A stretch of DNA of 64,000 nt. It comes from Clostridia bacterium. Its GTDB lineage: Bacteria > Bacillota > Clostridia > Christensenellales > CAG-138. The DNA lies in the NCBI GenBank assembly GCA_017438865.1, contig JAFRUN010000044.1, positions 18,765 to 82,764 on the forward strand, in the 5' to 3' direction. The translations under genes were made by a program, and so were the position numbers. Below, piece by piece: positions 38,663 to 47,707 of this stretch (the stretch's first letter is position 1; every line of letters starts with the position of its first letter). The notes below the pieces were generated by a model. The model made no database searches, was not told where the DNA came from, and worked only from the letters and a program-made list of their open reading frames with translations.

Positions 38663-39332
38663 ATTGCTGAACCAAACGATCCCGAATCTCAGCAAGGAGG
38701 CATGCGACAAATTTGTCGCATACTATGACCTGCTGATCGACTGGAACACGCGGATGAATCTGACGGCGATCACCGAACCGGCGGACGTCGTGAAAAAGCA
38801 TTTTTACGATTCGCTCGCCGCGCTGCCGTATCTCCGTGACGGCGCGAAGGTCGCGGACGTCGGCACCGGGGCGGGTTTTCCGGCGATCCCGCTGCTCATT
38901 ATGAATCCGACCTTAAAGATCACGCTCGTCGATTCGCTTCAAAAGCGCATCACATTCCTTGAGGAAGTGCTGAAAACGCTCGGATTATCGGCGGAATGCG
39001 TCCACGCGCGGGCGGAGGACTTCGGGCGCGATCCGGACGTTCGCGGGCGGTTCGACGCGACGGTTTCCCGCGCCGTCGCTTCTCTTCCGGTGCTTCTGGA
39101 GCTCACCGTGCCGCTTCTCACGGTCGGCGGCAAGGCGTACTGCTATAAGGGCGACGTTTCCGAGGAACTCGTTACCGCAAGAAATGCCCTGCATCTTTTG
39201 CACGCGACCTGTGAAACCGTCCCGGTCGAAGCGGACTACGGCGCGCGCACGCTGGTAATCTGCACCAAAAACGCACCAACTCCGTCGATCTACCCGCGCA
39301 AGGCAGGCATGCCGAGCAAAAAGCCGCTTTGA
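38655..39332 (+). CDS. rsmG: 16S rRNA m7G527 methyltransferase
   Basis: WNTRMNLTAI, HFYDS, DVGTGAGFP, SRAVA, YPRKAG. Confidence 0.96.
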   Translation: MRELLNQTIPNLSKEACDKFVAYYDLLIDWNTRMNLTAITEPADVVKKHFYDSLAALPYLRDGAKVADVGTGAGFPAIPLLIMNPTLKITLVDSLQKRITFLEEVLKTLGLSAECVHARAEDFGRDPDVRGRFDATVSRAVASLPVLLELTVPLLTVGGKAYCYKGDVSEELVTARNALHLLHATCETVPVEADYGARTLVICTKNAPTPSIYPRKAGMPSKKPL

Positions 39333-39348
39333 CAAGGTCAAAGCGGCA

Positions 39349-39428
39349 GTGATATCCGCGCTGCGCGTGGGCGATATCTGCTGCGCAGGTGATATCCGCT
39401 TCGCGGGTGATATATTCCCTGCGGGAAT
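39349..39428. repeat. Array of four G(T/C)GATAT plus short-hairpin units
   Basis: gtgatat-ccgcgctgcgcgtgg; gcgatat-ctgctgcgcag; gtgatat-ccgcttcgcgg; gtgatat-attccctgcgggaat. Confidence 0.7.
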
Positions 39429-39509
39429 GTTCAGGAGGATTCTCCTGCCGGAGAATCACGGGATTGGGTGCGGGACGCCGACCCCGGCGTCCCGCAAAAC
39501 CTGTTTCTT

Positions 39510-39716
39510 TTACCGCTTGTCCGTGCGCTCGAGAATATAGTCGGTCGTCGTATGATAGAGATCGGCGAGCGCAATCAGAATATCCGTCGGAATATCCCGA
39601 TATCCCTGCTCATACCGAAAATACTGCGGCTGCGGCATGTTGAGATATGCCGCCACCTCGCGCTGTGTCATATCACTGTCCTCGCGCAGTTCCCGAATCC
39701 GTTTATAAACCGCCAT
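39510..39716 (-). CDS. XRE-family HTH transcriptional regulator
   Basis: RIRELREDSDMTQREVAAYLNM...YEQGYRDIP...TTDYIL; RBS GGAGG; 68 aa. Confidence 0.92.
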   Translation of the reverse strand: MAVYKRIRELREDSDMTQREVAAYLNMPQPQYFRYEQGYRDIPTDILIALADLYHTTTDYILERTDKR

Positions 39717-39729
39717 GTCTGCCTCCGGA

Positions 39730-39798
39730 TATCCGTTTGGATATATTGACAATACCCGAAACGGATGGTAAAATGCACATATGATAACCGCATGGATA
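39730..39798 (+). promoter_or_regulatory. Promoter with repeated operator-like palindromes
   Basis: TTGACA(39746)-17 nt-TAAAAT; TATCCGTTTGGATA at 39730 and TAACCGCATGGATA at 39785. Confidence 0.65.
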
Positions 39799-39823
39799 TC
39801 AATACATTTGAGGAGGGAATACA

Positions 39824-40138
39824 ATGTTTCAAAACGTAGGTAAAAAGCTGCAGGTGATAGCGATCATCTTGTTTTGGGTTGCGACTGCCGCAAGCGTTGT
39901 TCTTGCATTTGTGTTCGGAATTGACAGGGATTACTATCACTATAGAAACGTTTTTAACGCCGGTATTTTTTTCGCTTTCCTTCTCGGCGGACCGACCGTT
40001 GCATATTTCGGGAGTCTGATTCTGCACGGGTTCGGGAGCATCGTTTCGGATCATGAAGAGTATGAATATCCGGAAGAAAAAGTGCAGGGATGGTCTGGAA
40101 AGAATGTGAATTGGCTGAACGGTCAGAACAAAAAATAA
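39824..40138 (+). CDS. Small membrane protein, hypothetical
   Basis: RBS GAGGAGG; two hydrophobic helices; AT-richer than surroundings. Confidence 0.75.
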   Translation: MFQNVGKKLQVIAIILFWVATAASVVLAFVFGIDRDYYHYRNVFNAGIFFAFLLGGPTVAYFGSLILHGFGSIVSDHEEYEYPEEKVQGWSGKNVNWLNGQNKK

Positions 40139-40140
40139 GC

Positions 40141-40169
40141 AAAAAGCGCTTCTTCGGAAGCGTTTTTTC
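40141..40169 (+). terminator. Intrinsic terminator
   Basis: AAAAAGCGCTTC-ttcg-GAAGCGTTTTTT. Confidence 0.85.
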
Positions 40170-40223
40170 ATGCTTGCGCGGCGATGCATGATATGCGATA
40201 ATGAAAATCGGGAGGACGGGCAT

Positions 40224-41006
40224 ATGAAGCAGTACATCGTCGATGCGTTTACCGACAAGCCGTTTCACGGCAATTCCGCGGCGGTTCTGGTCACGGACCG
40301 GTGGCTGCCGGACGAAACGATGCAGGCGATCGCGGCGGAGAACAACCTTGCCGAAACCGCTTTTGCGGTAAAGGAGGGCGAACGGTACCGCCTCCGCTGG
40401 TTCACGCCGAGCATGGAGGAGGAGCTTTGCGGTCATGCGACGCTGGCGGCGTCGTTCGTGATCCTGAACTTCTATGAAAAGGGCGCGGACGAGGTGTGCT
40501 ATACCTCGATGAGCGGCGATCTTTCCGTGAAGCGGGCGGGCGACCTGTACGAACTGAATTTCCCGACGTATGAGCTGAAAGAGATACCGGTGACCGACGA
40601 AATGGCGCGGGCGTTCGGCGCGCGTCCCGAAAAAGCGATTCTCGGACTCGATCTCAACTGCGTGTTTGCGGATGAAGAGATCGTCCGCGGACTTGCGCCC
40701 GATTACGAACTGCTGAAACAGCTGCCCGGACGCATCTGGAACGCCACGGCGAAGGGCAAAGAATACGACTGCGTATCGCGGAGCTTTACGCCGGAGACCG
40801 CCGTGCCGGAGGATCCGGTCTGCGGATCGGCGCACTGTCGGATCGGCGATTACTGGGCAAAGGTCCTCGACAAAAAGGTGATCCGCGCGTATCAGGCGTC
40901 ACCGCGCGGGGGAGAGCTTTTCTGCGAGCCGCTCGGCAGCGGACGGATCGCGCTGCGGGGCAAAGCCGTGCTCGTCGCGGTATCCGAAATCGTCGCGCCG
41001 CTGTAA
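40224..41006 (+). CDS. PhzF-family isomerase
   Basis: VDAFTDKPFHGNSAAV, ETAF, RWFTP, LCGHATLA, EDPVCGSAHC. Confidence 0.93.
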   Translation: MKQYIVDAFTDKPFHGNSAAVLVTDRWLPDETMQAIAAENNLAETAFAVKEGERYRLRWFTPSMEEELCGHATLAASFVILNFYEKGADEVCYTSMSGDLSVKRAGDLYELNFPTYELKEIPVTDEMARAFGARPEKAILGLDLNCVFADEEIVRGLAPDYELLKQLPGRIWNATAKGKEYDCVSRSFTPETAVPEDPVCGSAHCRIGDYWAKVLDKKVIRAYQASPRGGELFCEPLGSGRIALRGKAVLVAVSEIVAPL

Positions 41007-41016
41007 AAGTCTGCAT

Positions 41017-41049
41017 AAAAAATGATCCCGGAGCATTCCGGGATCATTT
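41017..41049. terminator. Bidirectional terminator
   Basis: AAATGATCCCGGA-gcat-TCCGGGATCATTT. Confidence 0.75.
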
Positions 41050-41072
41050 GTATTTCTGCGTTACGGACGGGA

Positions 41073-41618
41073 TCAATCCGAGAACTGTCCGCTCTTGAAG
41101 AGCTCGGGCGCGTCGCTCGTATAGGTGACGGTCGTCTGTGTGCGCTTGCAGCTGCATCCGCCGGACGCGGTGGTGATCGTCTTTTCGTACGCGCCGTCGC
41201 CGACGAGCCAGTCCGTCAGCAGTTTTTCCGCTTTCTTGGCGCTGTCGGTGCGGTCGGGCGCAGTCAGAACGATGAAGCCGAACGTGTCGCCGTTGGTCTT
41301 CTTCTGCGCGTCGGTCCAGTTCTCCGTTTCGGTCCAGCCGGCTGCCCTGAGCTGTTCTGCGACGGCCTCGTCCTTGAGAAGCGCGACGGACGCTTTGGTC
41401 GGGAGCGCTTCATAATCGGTTTCCGCGTCGAGGAGCACGCCGGTCACGATGCAGTCCTGGTTTGCCTGGAAATAGGCAAGGAGCTCTTTCGTGCTCTCTC
41501 TGTCGTACGCGACCGAAAGCTCGCCGCGGTGGCTGACGGTCTGCTGCTGACCGCCGGTGCATCCGGCGACCGCGGTCAGAAGGATCAATGCGATCAATAA
41601 CGAAATCAGTTTTTTCAT
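41073..41618 (-). CDS. Hypothetical lipoprotein
   Basis: Lipobox VAGC after MKK plus hydrophobic core; RBS AAGGAG. Confidence 0.75.
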   Translation of the reverse strand: MKKLISLLIALILLTAVAGCTGGQQQTVSHRGELSVAYDRESTKELLAYFQANQDCIVTGVLLDAETDYEALPTKASVALLKDEAVAEQLRAAGWTETENWTDAQKKTNGDTFGFIVLTAPDRTDSAKKAEKLLTDWLVGDGAYEKTITTASGGCSCKRTQTTVTYTSDAPELFKSGQFSD

Positions 41619-41784
41619 GGAAGTCTCCTTCTCGGATAATCGATTTATATTAGCACACTTTTCCGCGAATCACAAGCCCCAAATGCAGAAAAACACGGGA
41701 AGGGACGCGGCGGAACGGAATCCTTGCTTTTTGTCCCGTATAATGATATAATATCTCATTATTGCGAATATGAGGAGGAGAACT

Positions 41785-43155
41785 ATGCAGATTGTGATCG
41801 TCGGCTGCGGCAAAATGGGATCGACGCTTGCGGTGCAGCTCGTTGCGGAGGGACACCGCGTGACCGTCATCGACCGGAGCGAATCGGTCATCGAGCAGAT
41901 CAGCAATACGCAGGACGTCATCGGCTACGTCGGAAACGGCGCGGTCTTTTCCGTGCTGGAGGAGGCGGGCGCGAAGGACGCCGACCTGCTGCTTGCGGTG
42001 ACGCAAAGCGACGAGATCAACCTCCTCGCGTGTCTGATCGCGCATAAGATCGGCGCAAAGCACACGATCGCCCGCGTCCGCGATCCCGAATATGCGAACA
42101 ATATGTACCGTATCTCCGACGATCTCGGGCTTTCGATGACGGTCAATCCGGACCGGCAGGCGGCGGAAGAGATCGCGCGCGTGCTTCGGTTCCCGGCTGC
42201 GATGCACATCGAGCTGTTCGCGCGCGGACATGTGGAGCTGGTCACCTGCAAACTTCCGGAAAAGAGCGTTCTTTCCGGCATTCCGCTTTTTGAACTGCCG
42301 CAGAAGCTCGGCGTGAAGGTTCTGATCTGCGCGGTCGAACGAGACGGCACGTTTACGATCCCGTCCGGCGGATTCACGCTCGCCGGCGGCGACGTGCTGT
42401 ATGTAACCGGCGCGCCCCGCGAAGTGGCGAAGGCGCTGCGCAAGGCGGGCGTGCTGGCGGCGCCGATCCGCTCCGTCATTCTGGGCGGCGGCAGCCGCAT
42501 CAGCTACTATCTTGCGCAGGAGCTTCTGAGAAGCAATATTTCCGTCAAGATCATTGAACGCAGCAGGGACGCCGCGCGCCAGATCGCGGAGCTTCTGCCC
42601 GAAGCGGTCGTCATCAACGGCGATATCACCGATCACGATCTCATGCAGGAGGAGGGTATCGATCGCGCCGACGCGTTCGTTGCGCTGACCGGACTGGACG
42701 AAGGCAACGTCCTTTCCGCGCTGTATGCGAAGCGCCGCAATGTGTCGAAGGTCATTGCAAAGGTCAACAACGACGGACTCGAAAGTCTCGTCAGGGAAAC
42801 GGCGCTGGATTCCGTCATCTCCCCGAAGCGCGTTGCGACGAATCAGATCCTGCGCTACGTTCGCGCCCGCGAAGCGAGCGCGGATCAGGGCGAGATCCGC
42901 GGTCTCTATAAGATTGCGGACGGTTCGATCGAGGTGCTGGAGTTTCGCGCAAGCGCCGAAAACAGCAATCTGCTCAATATCCCGCTGAAGGATCTGAAAA
43001 CGAAAAAGCATCTGCTGATCGCGTGTCTCGTGCGCAACGGCAAGGCGATCATCCCGGGCGGCGCGGACAGCATTCAGACGGGCGACGTTGTGCTCGTCGT
43101 GACGGCGCAGCGCATGATGAACGATCTCGGCGACATCATGGAGGAAACGAAATGA
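41785..43155 (+). CDS. trkA: Trk K+ uptake regulatory subunit (two RCK units)
   Basis: IVGCGKMG, DEINLLAC, GGGSRI; about 456 aa. Confidence 0.93.
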   Translation: MQIVIVGCGKMGSTLAVQLVAEGHRVTVIDRSESVIEQISNTQDVIGYVGNGAVFSVLEEAGAKDADLLLAVTQSDEINLLACLIAHKIGAKHTIARVRDPEYANNMYRISDDLGLSMTVNPDRQAAEEIARVLRFPAAMHIELFARGHVELVTCKLPEKSVLSGIPLFELPQKLGVKVLICAVERDGTFTIPSGGFTLAGGDVLYVTGAPREVAKALRKAGVLAAPIRSVILGGGSRISYYLAQELLRSNISVKIIERSRDAARQIAELLPEAVVINGDITDHDLMQEEGIDRADAFVALTGLDEGNVLSALYAKRRNVSKVIAKVNNDGLESLVRETALDSVISPKRVATNQILRYVRAREASADQGEIRGLYKIADGSIEVLEFRASAENSNLLNIPLKDLKTKKHLLIACLVRNGKAIIPGGADSIQTGDVVLVVTAQRMMNDLGDIMEETK

Positions 43156-44597
43156 ACCGCCGCATGGTCGTATTCCTGCTGGGACGCATTCTGTTCCTGG
43201 AAGCGCTTCTGATGCTCCCGTCCGTACTGGTCGGGATCATCTATCGCGAGGCGATCACCTGGTGCTTCCTGCCGGCGATCGGCGTGCTGGCGCTTCTGGG
43301 ACTGTTCGGGATCAAAAAACCGAAGGACACCGCGATCTACGCGCGCGAGGGTTTTCTGACCGTCGCGGCGGCGTGGGTGCTGATGTCTCTTTTCGGCGCG
43401 GTGCCGCTGTGGCTCTGCGGCGGATTCGAAACGTTCTGGGACTGCCTTTTTGAGATCGTGTCCGGCTTCACCACGACCGGCGCATCGATCCTTGAGACGG
43501 TCGAACAGCTTCCGCACTGCATTCTCTTCTGGCGCAGCTTCAGCCATTGGGTGGGAGGCATGGGCGTGCTGGTGTTCGTTCTGGCGGTCATGCCGATGAG
43601 CGAGGAACGCTCGATGCATCTAATGCGCGCCGAGGTCCCGGGGCCGGTGGTCGGCAAGCTCGTGCCGCGCATGCGCGATACCGCAAAGATCCTCTATGCG
43701 GTTTACACCGTTCTGACGCTTGTTCTGATCATCCTGCTGTGGGTTGGCGGTATGCCGCTGTTCGAGTCGATCTGCCACGCGTTCGGCGCGGCGGGCACCG
43801 GCGGTTTTTCCGTCCGGGACGCAGGGATCAAGGCGTACGACAGTACATATATCCACGTCGTGCTGTCAACGTTCATGCTGCTGTTCGGCATCAACTTCAG
43901 CTTGTACCATCTGATCCTGATCGGGAGATGGAAGAACGCGGTGCGTTCCGAGGAGCTGCATACATATCTCGGCATCATCGCCGCGGCGGTCGTGTTTATC
44001 ACGATCAACACGCTTTCGGCGGCAAAGAGCTTCGGGGTGACATTGCGGGACGCTTATTTCCAGGTCTCGTCGATCATTACGACAACCGGATACGCGACGG
44101 TCAATTTCGACCGGTGGCCGAGCTTTTCCAAGATGATCCTGCTGCTTCTGATGGTATTCGGCGCGTGTGCGGGTTCGACCGGCGGCGGTCTGAAGATCAG
44201 CCGCGTTGTGATCCTGTTCAAATCCGCACGGCAGGAGGTCCGGAAGCTCCTGCACCCGCGCGCGGTCACGGTCGTCCGCATGGAAGGCAAGCCGATCCAG
44301 CCGGATCTGATCCGCGCAACGCTGATCTTTTTCGTGATGTATATCGCTTGCCTTGCGCTCGGCGTGCTTCTGCTGTCGCTCGGCGAGCAGGATTTCGTGA
44401 CGAACTTCACCGCGACGCTCGCGTGCCTTTCCAACATCGGTCCGGGACTCGCCCTCGTCGGTCCGGCCGAAAACTACGGCTTCTACAGCAGCGCGTCGAA
44501 GGTTCTTCTCTCGTTTGAGATGCTTGCGGGCAGATTGGAACTGTTCCCGATCATCATGCTGTTCAGTCCGCTGACCTACCGGCATCGTTCGAAATAA
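43152..44597 (+). CDS. trkH: Trk K+ uptake membrane subunit
   Basis: SGFTTTGAS, GGMGVLV, TTTGY, GSTGGGLK, NIGPG, GRLE. Confidence 0.95.
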   Translation: MNRRMVVFLLGRILFLEALLMLPSVLVGIIYREAITWCFLPAIGVLALLGLFGIKKPKDTAIYAREGFLTVAAAWVLMSLFGAVPLWLCGGFETFWDCLFEIVSGFTTTGASILETVEQLPHCILFWRSFSHWVGGMGVLVFVLAVMPMSEERSMHLMRAEVPGPVVGKLVPRMRDTAKILYAVYTVLTLVLIILLWVGGMPLFESICHAFGAAGTGGFSVRDAGIKAYDSTYIHVVLSTFMLLFGINFSLYHLILIGRWKNAVRSEELHTYLGIIAAAVVFITINTLSAAKSFGVTLRDAYFQVSSIITTTGYATVNFDRWPSFSKMILLLLMVFGACAGSTGGGLKISRVVILFKSARQEVRKLLHPRAVTVVRMEGKPIQPDLIRATLIFFVMYIACLALGVLLLSLGEQDFVTNFTATLACLSNIGPGLALVGPAENYGFYSSASKVLLSFEMLAGRLELFPIIMLFSPLTYRHRSK

Positions 44598-44602
44598 CAT
44601 AC

Positions 44603-44633
44603 AAAAAAGACCGTCGTCGGACGGTCTTTTTTT
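44603..44633. terminator. Bidirectional terminator
   Basis: AAAAAAGACCGTC-gtcg-GACGGTCTTTTTT. Confidence 0.85.
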
Positions 44634-44642
44634 ATTTTGGAT

Positions 44643-45290
44643 TCAATGCAAAATGTGATCCAGCGCTTTCCGCTCCGCTACTGCGAAAATCTCGGCGCCG
44701 GCGAGCAGGACCTGATCGGGATTCATTGTCGCGCTGGTGCGGCCGTTCTCGCGGATCGCCATGATATTGAGCTGGTAACGGTCGCGCAGCTTGAGCTCGC
44801 GCAGCGTTTTGCCGATCCATTCCTTTTTCGGCTTCATGCTGAAAACGCAGAGATCCGATCCGAGGTTGAAAAACTCGAGGAAATCGGAAGACAGCAGCCG
44901 CCGCGCGGTCATTTCCGCGCTCTCCTTTTCGGGGTAGATGATCTCGTCCGCGCCGACGCGCCGCAGAATATCGCCCATCCGCAGGGAAGCGGCTTTTGCA
45001 ATTACGTATCGCACGCCGAGCTCCTTTGCAACCATGACGCACATGATGCTGGCGTCCAGACTGCTGCCCATGGAAACGATGACCGTATCCACGCCGGACA
45101 GCCCCAGTCCCCGGATGACCTCCGGGTCGCTGAGATCGGCTTTGATCGCGCAGCTTACCTGATTTGCAAACTTGCGGATGGTCTCTTCGTCGTTGTCGGC
45201 GATCAGAACGTCCGCGCCGCCTTTGGACAGTTCATCGGTCAAAAACTGTCCGAACCGTCCCATGCCCAGAACTGCGATTGATTTTTTCAT
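44643..45290 (-). CDS. ktrA: KtrA/C-type K+ uptake RCK subunit
   Basis: AVLGMGRFG, GADEIIYPE, RCK_C domain; 215 aa. Confidence 0.85.
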   Translation of the reverse strand: MKKSIAVLGMGRFGQFLTDELSKGGADVLIADNDEETIRKFANQVSCAIKADLSDPEVIRGLGLSGVDTVIVSMGSSLDASIMCVMVAKELGVRYVIAKAASLRMGDILRRVGADEIIYPEKESAEMTARRLLSSDFLEFFNLGSDLCVFSMKPKKEWIGKTLRELKLRDRYQLNIMAIRENGRTSATMNPDQVLLAGAEIFAVAERKALDHILH

Positions 45291-45302
45291 AAAGGCCTCC
45301 TT

Positions 45303-46667
45303 TTAGCCGACATAATAGCGTCCCTGCGCAAAGTGAATGTTCTTTCCGCCGGACAGATCCGTATGGAAGAACAGGGCGAGTGAGATCGGACCGATTCTTC
45401 CGAGATACATGCAAAGAATGATCAGGATCCGTCCGAAGACGGACAGATGGGGCGTCAGTCCGCGGGACAGACCGACCGTTCCGGTCGCGCTGAACACCTC
45501 GAAAACGGCATCTGCCATCGGTACGCCGTCGACGGCGGCGAGCAGAACGGACGAGAGCAGAGACAGCGTTAAGCTGAAGAACAGGATCGCCGCCGCTTTA
45601 CGCACCAGCCCGGACGGGATGCTGCGCCGGAACGCTGCGGACTCCGGACGTCCGCGCACGAAGGACAGCGCGCTCAGAAGCAGAACGGCGATCGTGGCGG
45701 TCTTGATGCCGCCCGCCGTTCCCATCGGGGAGCCGCCGATGAACATCAGGACGCTGCCGAACAGTACGGAGCCGTCGGAAAGACCGCTCTGCGGGATCGC
45801 GGAAAAGCCGGCAGTACGGTAGGTGACCGACTGGAATACGGCGTTCAGGATCTTTCCGCTCCACGGCAGCGCGCCGAGCGTCGCGCCGTTCCGGTATTCC
45901 AGAAGCAGCGTTCCGGCGGCGCCGAGAACGATCAGAATGAGAGTCGCCCACAGAACGAGCTTGGTGTGTTCCCCGAGGTGCCGGAAAAACCAGCGGACGC
46001 CGAACCGGCACTTTGCGGCTCTTTTTGCGGTCGTATACGAATCGAACCACACGATGTAACCGAGACCGCCGACGACGATCAGAAGCATCGTAACGGTCAG
46101 CACATAAACGCTGTTTTGATACGGCAGCAGACTGTCCGGACCGATCAGATCGAGACCGGCGTTGCAGAATGCCGAAACCGAGTGAAACAGCGCGTACCAG
46201 AGCCCGCGGAAAAAGCCGTATTCCGGAACGAATGCGAAAGCATAGAGAATCGTGCCGACGCCCTCGATGAGAAGCACGCCGAGGATGACCTTTCGCAAAA
46301 AACGGAGCACGCCCTGCAGCGAGTCCAGATCGAACGCGTCGCGCAGGATCGCGCGGTTGCGGATCGTGAAGGATTTGCGCAGCAGAAGGAACAGGGAAGA
46401 GGACACGGCGACGATCCCGAGGCCGCCTGCCTGGATGAGCAGAAGGATCACGGCCTTTCCGAAGCCGGACCAGAAGGAGAACGTGTCGGCGACGACAAGA
46501 CCGGTCACGCAGACGGAGGTCGTCGAGGTGAACAGCGCAGTCAGAAAGGATGCGGACGTTCCGTCCGCCGTTGCAAACGGGAGCATCAGAAGACCGGTCC
46601 CGATCGCGATCAGAAACAGGAATCCGAGCGGAACGATCTGTGCGGCGGACATCGAACGGCGTTTCAC
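45303..46667 (-). CDS. ktrB: KtrB/D-type K+ uptake membrane subunit
   Basis: TSVCVTGL, SAFCNAG, RTAGF, GTAGGIK, GTVGLS, GRIGP. Confidence 0.88.
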   Translation of the reverse strand: MKRRSMSAAQIVPLGFLFLIAIGTGLLMLPFATADGTSASFLTALFTSTTSVCVTGLVVADTFSFWSGFGKAVILLLIQAGGLGIVAVSSSLFLLLRKSFTIRNRAILRDAFDLDSLQGVLRFLRKVILGVLLIEGVGTILYAFAFVPEYGFFRGLWYALFHSVSAFCNAGLDLIGPDSLLPYQNSVYVLTVTMLLIVVGGLGYIVWFDSYTTAKRAAKCRFGVRWFFRHLGEHTKLVLWATLILIVLGAAGTLLLEYRNGATLGALPWSGKILNAVFQSVTYRTAGFSAIPQSGLSDGSVLFGSVLMFIGGSPMGTAGGIKTATIAVLLLSALSFVRGRPESAAFRRSIPSGLVRKAAAILFFSLTLSLLSSVLLAAVDGVPMADAVFEVFSATGTVGLSRGLTPHLSVFGRILIILCMYLGRIGPISLALFFHTDLSGGKNIHFAQGRYYVG

Positions 46668-46800
46668 CGAGAACCTCCTTTCCGTCCGGCGCCGGACAAT
46701 ATATTAAATATATTATAGCGGGCGCAGTGCGATTTTGCAAGCATGGAAGAAGCGACCGGTTCCAAAGATGCAGTGTAACACCGATTTTACATCTTTTCTC

Positions 46801-46829
46801 TTGAACGAAGCATGAAAAAGCGGTATGAT
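46801..46829 (+). promoter_or_regulatory. Putative sigmaA promoter of the dat-MBOAT operon
   Basis: TTGAAC-17 nt-TATGAT; RBS AAGGAGG before dat. Confidence 0.55.
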
Positions 46830-46864
46830 ATGTTGAATGATCCTGTGGCAAAGGAGGGCGGTCG

Positions 46865-47707
46865 ATGCCCGCGATCGGTTGGTACAACGGAATGCTCGGG
46901 AAACCCGCTGAAATGTCGGTCCCGATGAACGACCGCGCCGTGTATTTCGGCGACGGCTGTTACGAGGCGTGTGTCGCGTTCGGCACGCGCGTGTTCGCGC
47001 TGGACGCGCATTTCGACCGGTTTTACAACAGTTTAAGAGCGCTCGAGATCCCGTTTTCCGAGGATCGCGCCGCGCTGAAAGCGATCCTGACCGGGTGCCT
47101 TCAGGCGGCGGACGAGCCGTGCGCGGTACTCTACTGGCAGGCGTCCCGCGCAACGGCGCCGCGGACGCACGCGTTTCCCGGAAGCGGCGAGCCGAATCTT
47201 CTGGTCACGGTGACGCCGAAAACGCTTCTGCCGCCGGAACGGACGCTGCGTCTCGTCACGACGGAGGACGTCCGCTATGCGATGTGCAACGTAAAGACGC
47301 TGAACCTGATCCCGAACATCCTTGCAAACGAGCACGCAAAGCGCAGCGGCGCGGACGAGGCGGTCTTTGTGCGCAGCGGTTTTGTGACCGAGGGATCGCA
47401 TACGAACGTTCACATCCTGCAGGACGGCGCGTTGATCACGCATCCGACGGACAACCGGATCCTGCCGGGCGTTACGCGCAGGATCCTCCTCGATCTATGC
47501 CGTGAAAACGGTGTTCCGGTCGCGGAGCGTCCGTTTACAACGAAAGAATTGACGAACGCGGACGAGGTGCTGATCACATCCAGCACGCTCGGCGTCCGCC
47601 GCGCAGAAACCGTCGACGGCGTGCCGGTCGGCGGCAGGGCGGAAACGCTTTACAAACGGCTTTTAACGGCATACGGAGAGGTTTTTTCAAGGGAAATGCG
47701 GGCATGA
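46865..47707 (+). CDS. dat: D-amino-acid aminotransferase (PLP fold IV)
   Basis: DRAVYFGDGCYE, D-AAT-type loop PRTHAFP (R-x-H), catalytic K in VKTLNL, EGSHTN, ILPGVTR. Confidence 0.8.
   Translation: MPAIGWYNGMLGKPAEMSVPMNDRAVYFGDGCYEACVAFGTRVFALDAHFDRFYNSLRALEIPFSEDRAALKAILTGCLQAADEPCAVLYWQASRATAPRTHAFPGSGEPNLLVTVTPKTLLPPERTLRLVTTEDVRYAMCNVKTLNLIPNILANEHAKRSGADEAVFVRSGFVTEGSHTNVHILQDGALITHPTDNRILPGVTRRILLDLCRENGVPVAERPFTTKELTNADEVLITSSTLGVRRAETVDGVPVGGRAETLYKRLLTAYGEVFSREMRA

Noticed and set aside
40224-41006. Phenazine biosynthesis
   Set aside because: Lone PhzF homolog with no other phz genes
46668-46864. c-di-AMP (ydaO) riboswitch before ktrB
   Set aside because: Promoter lies about 45 nt from the start codon and no ydaO consensus is seen
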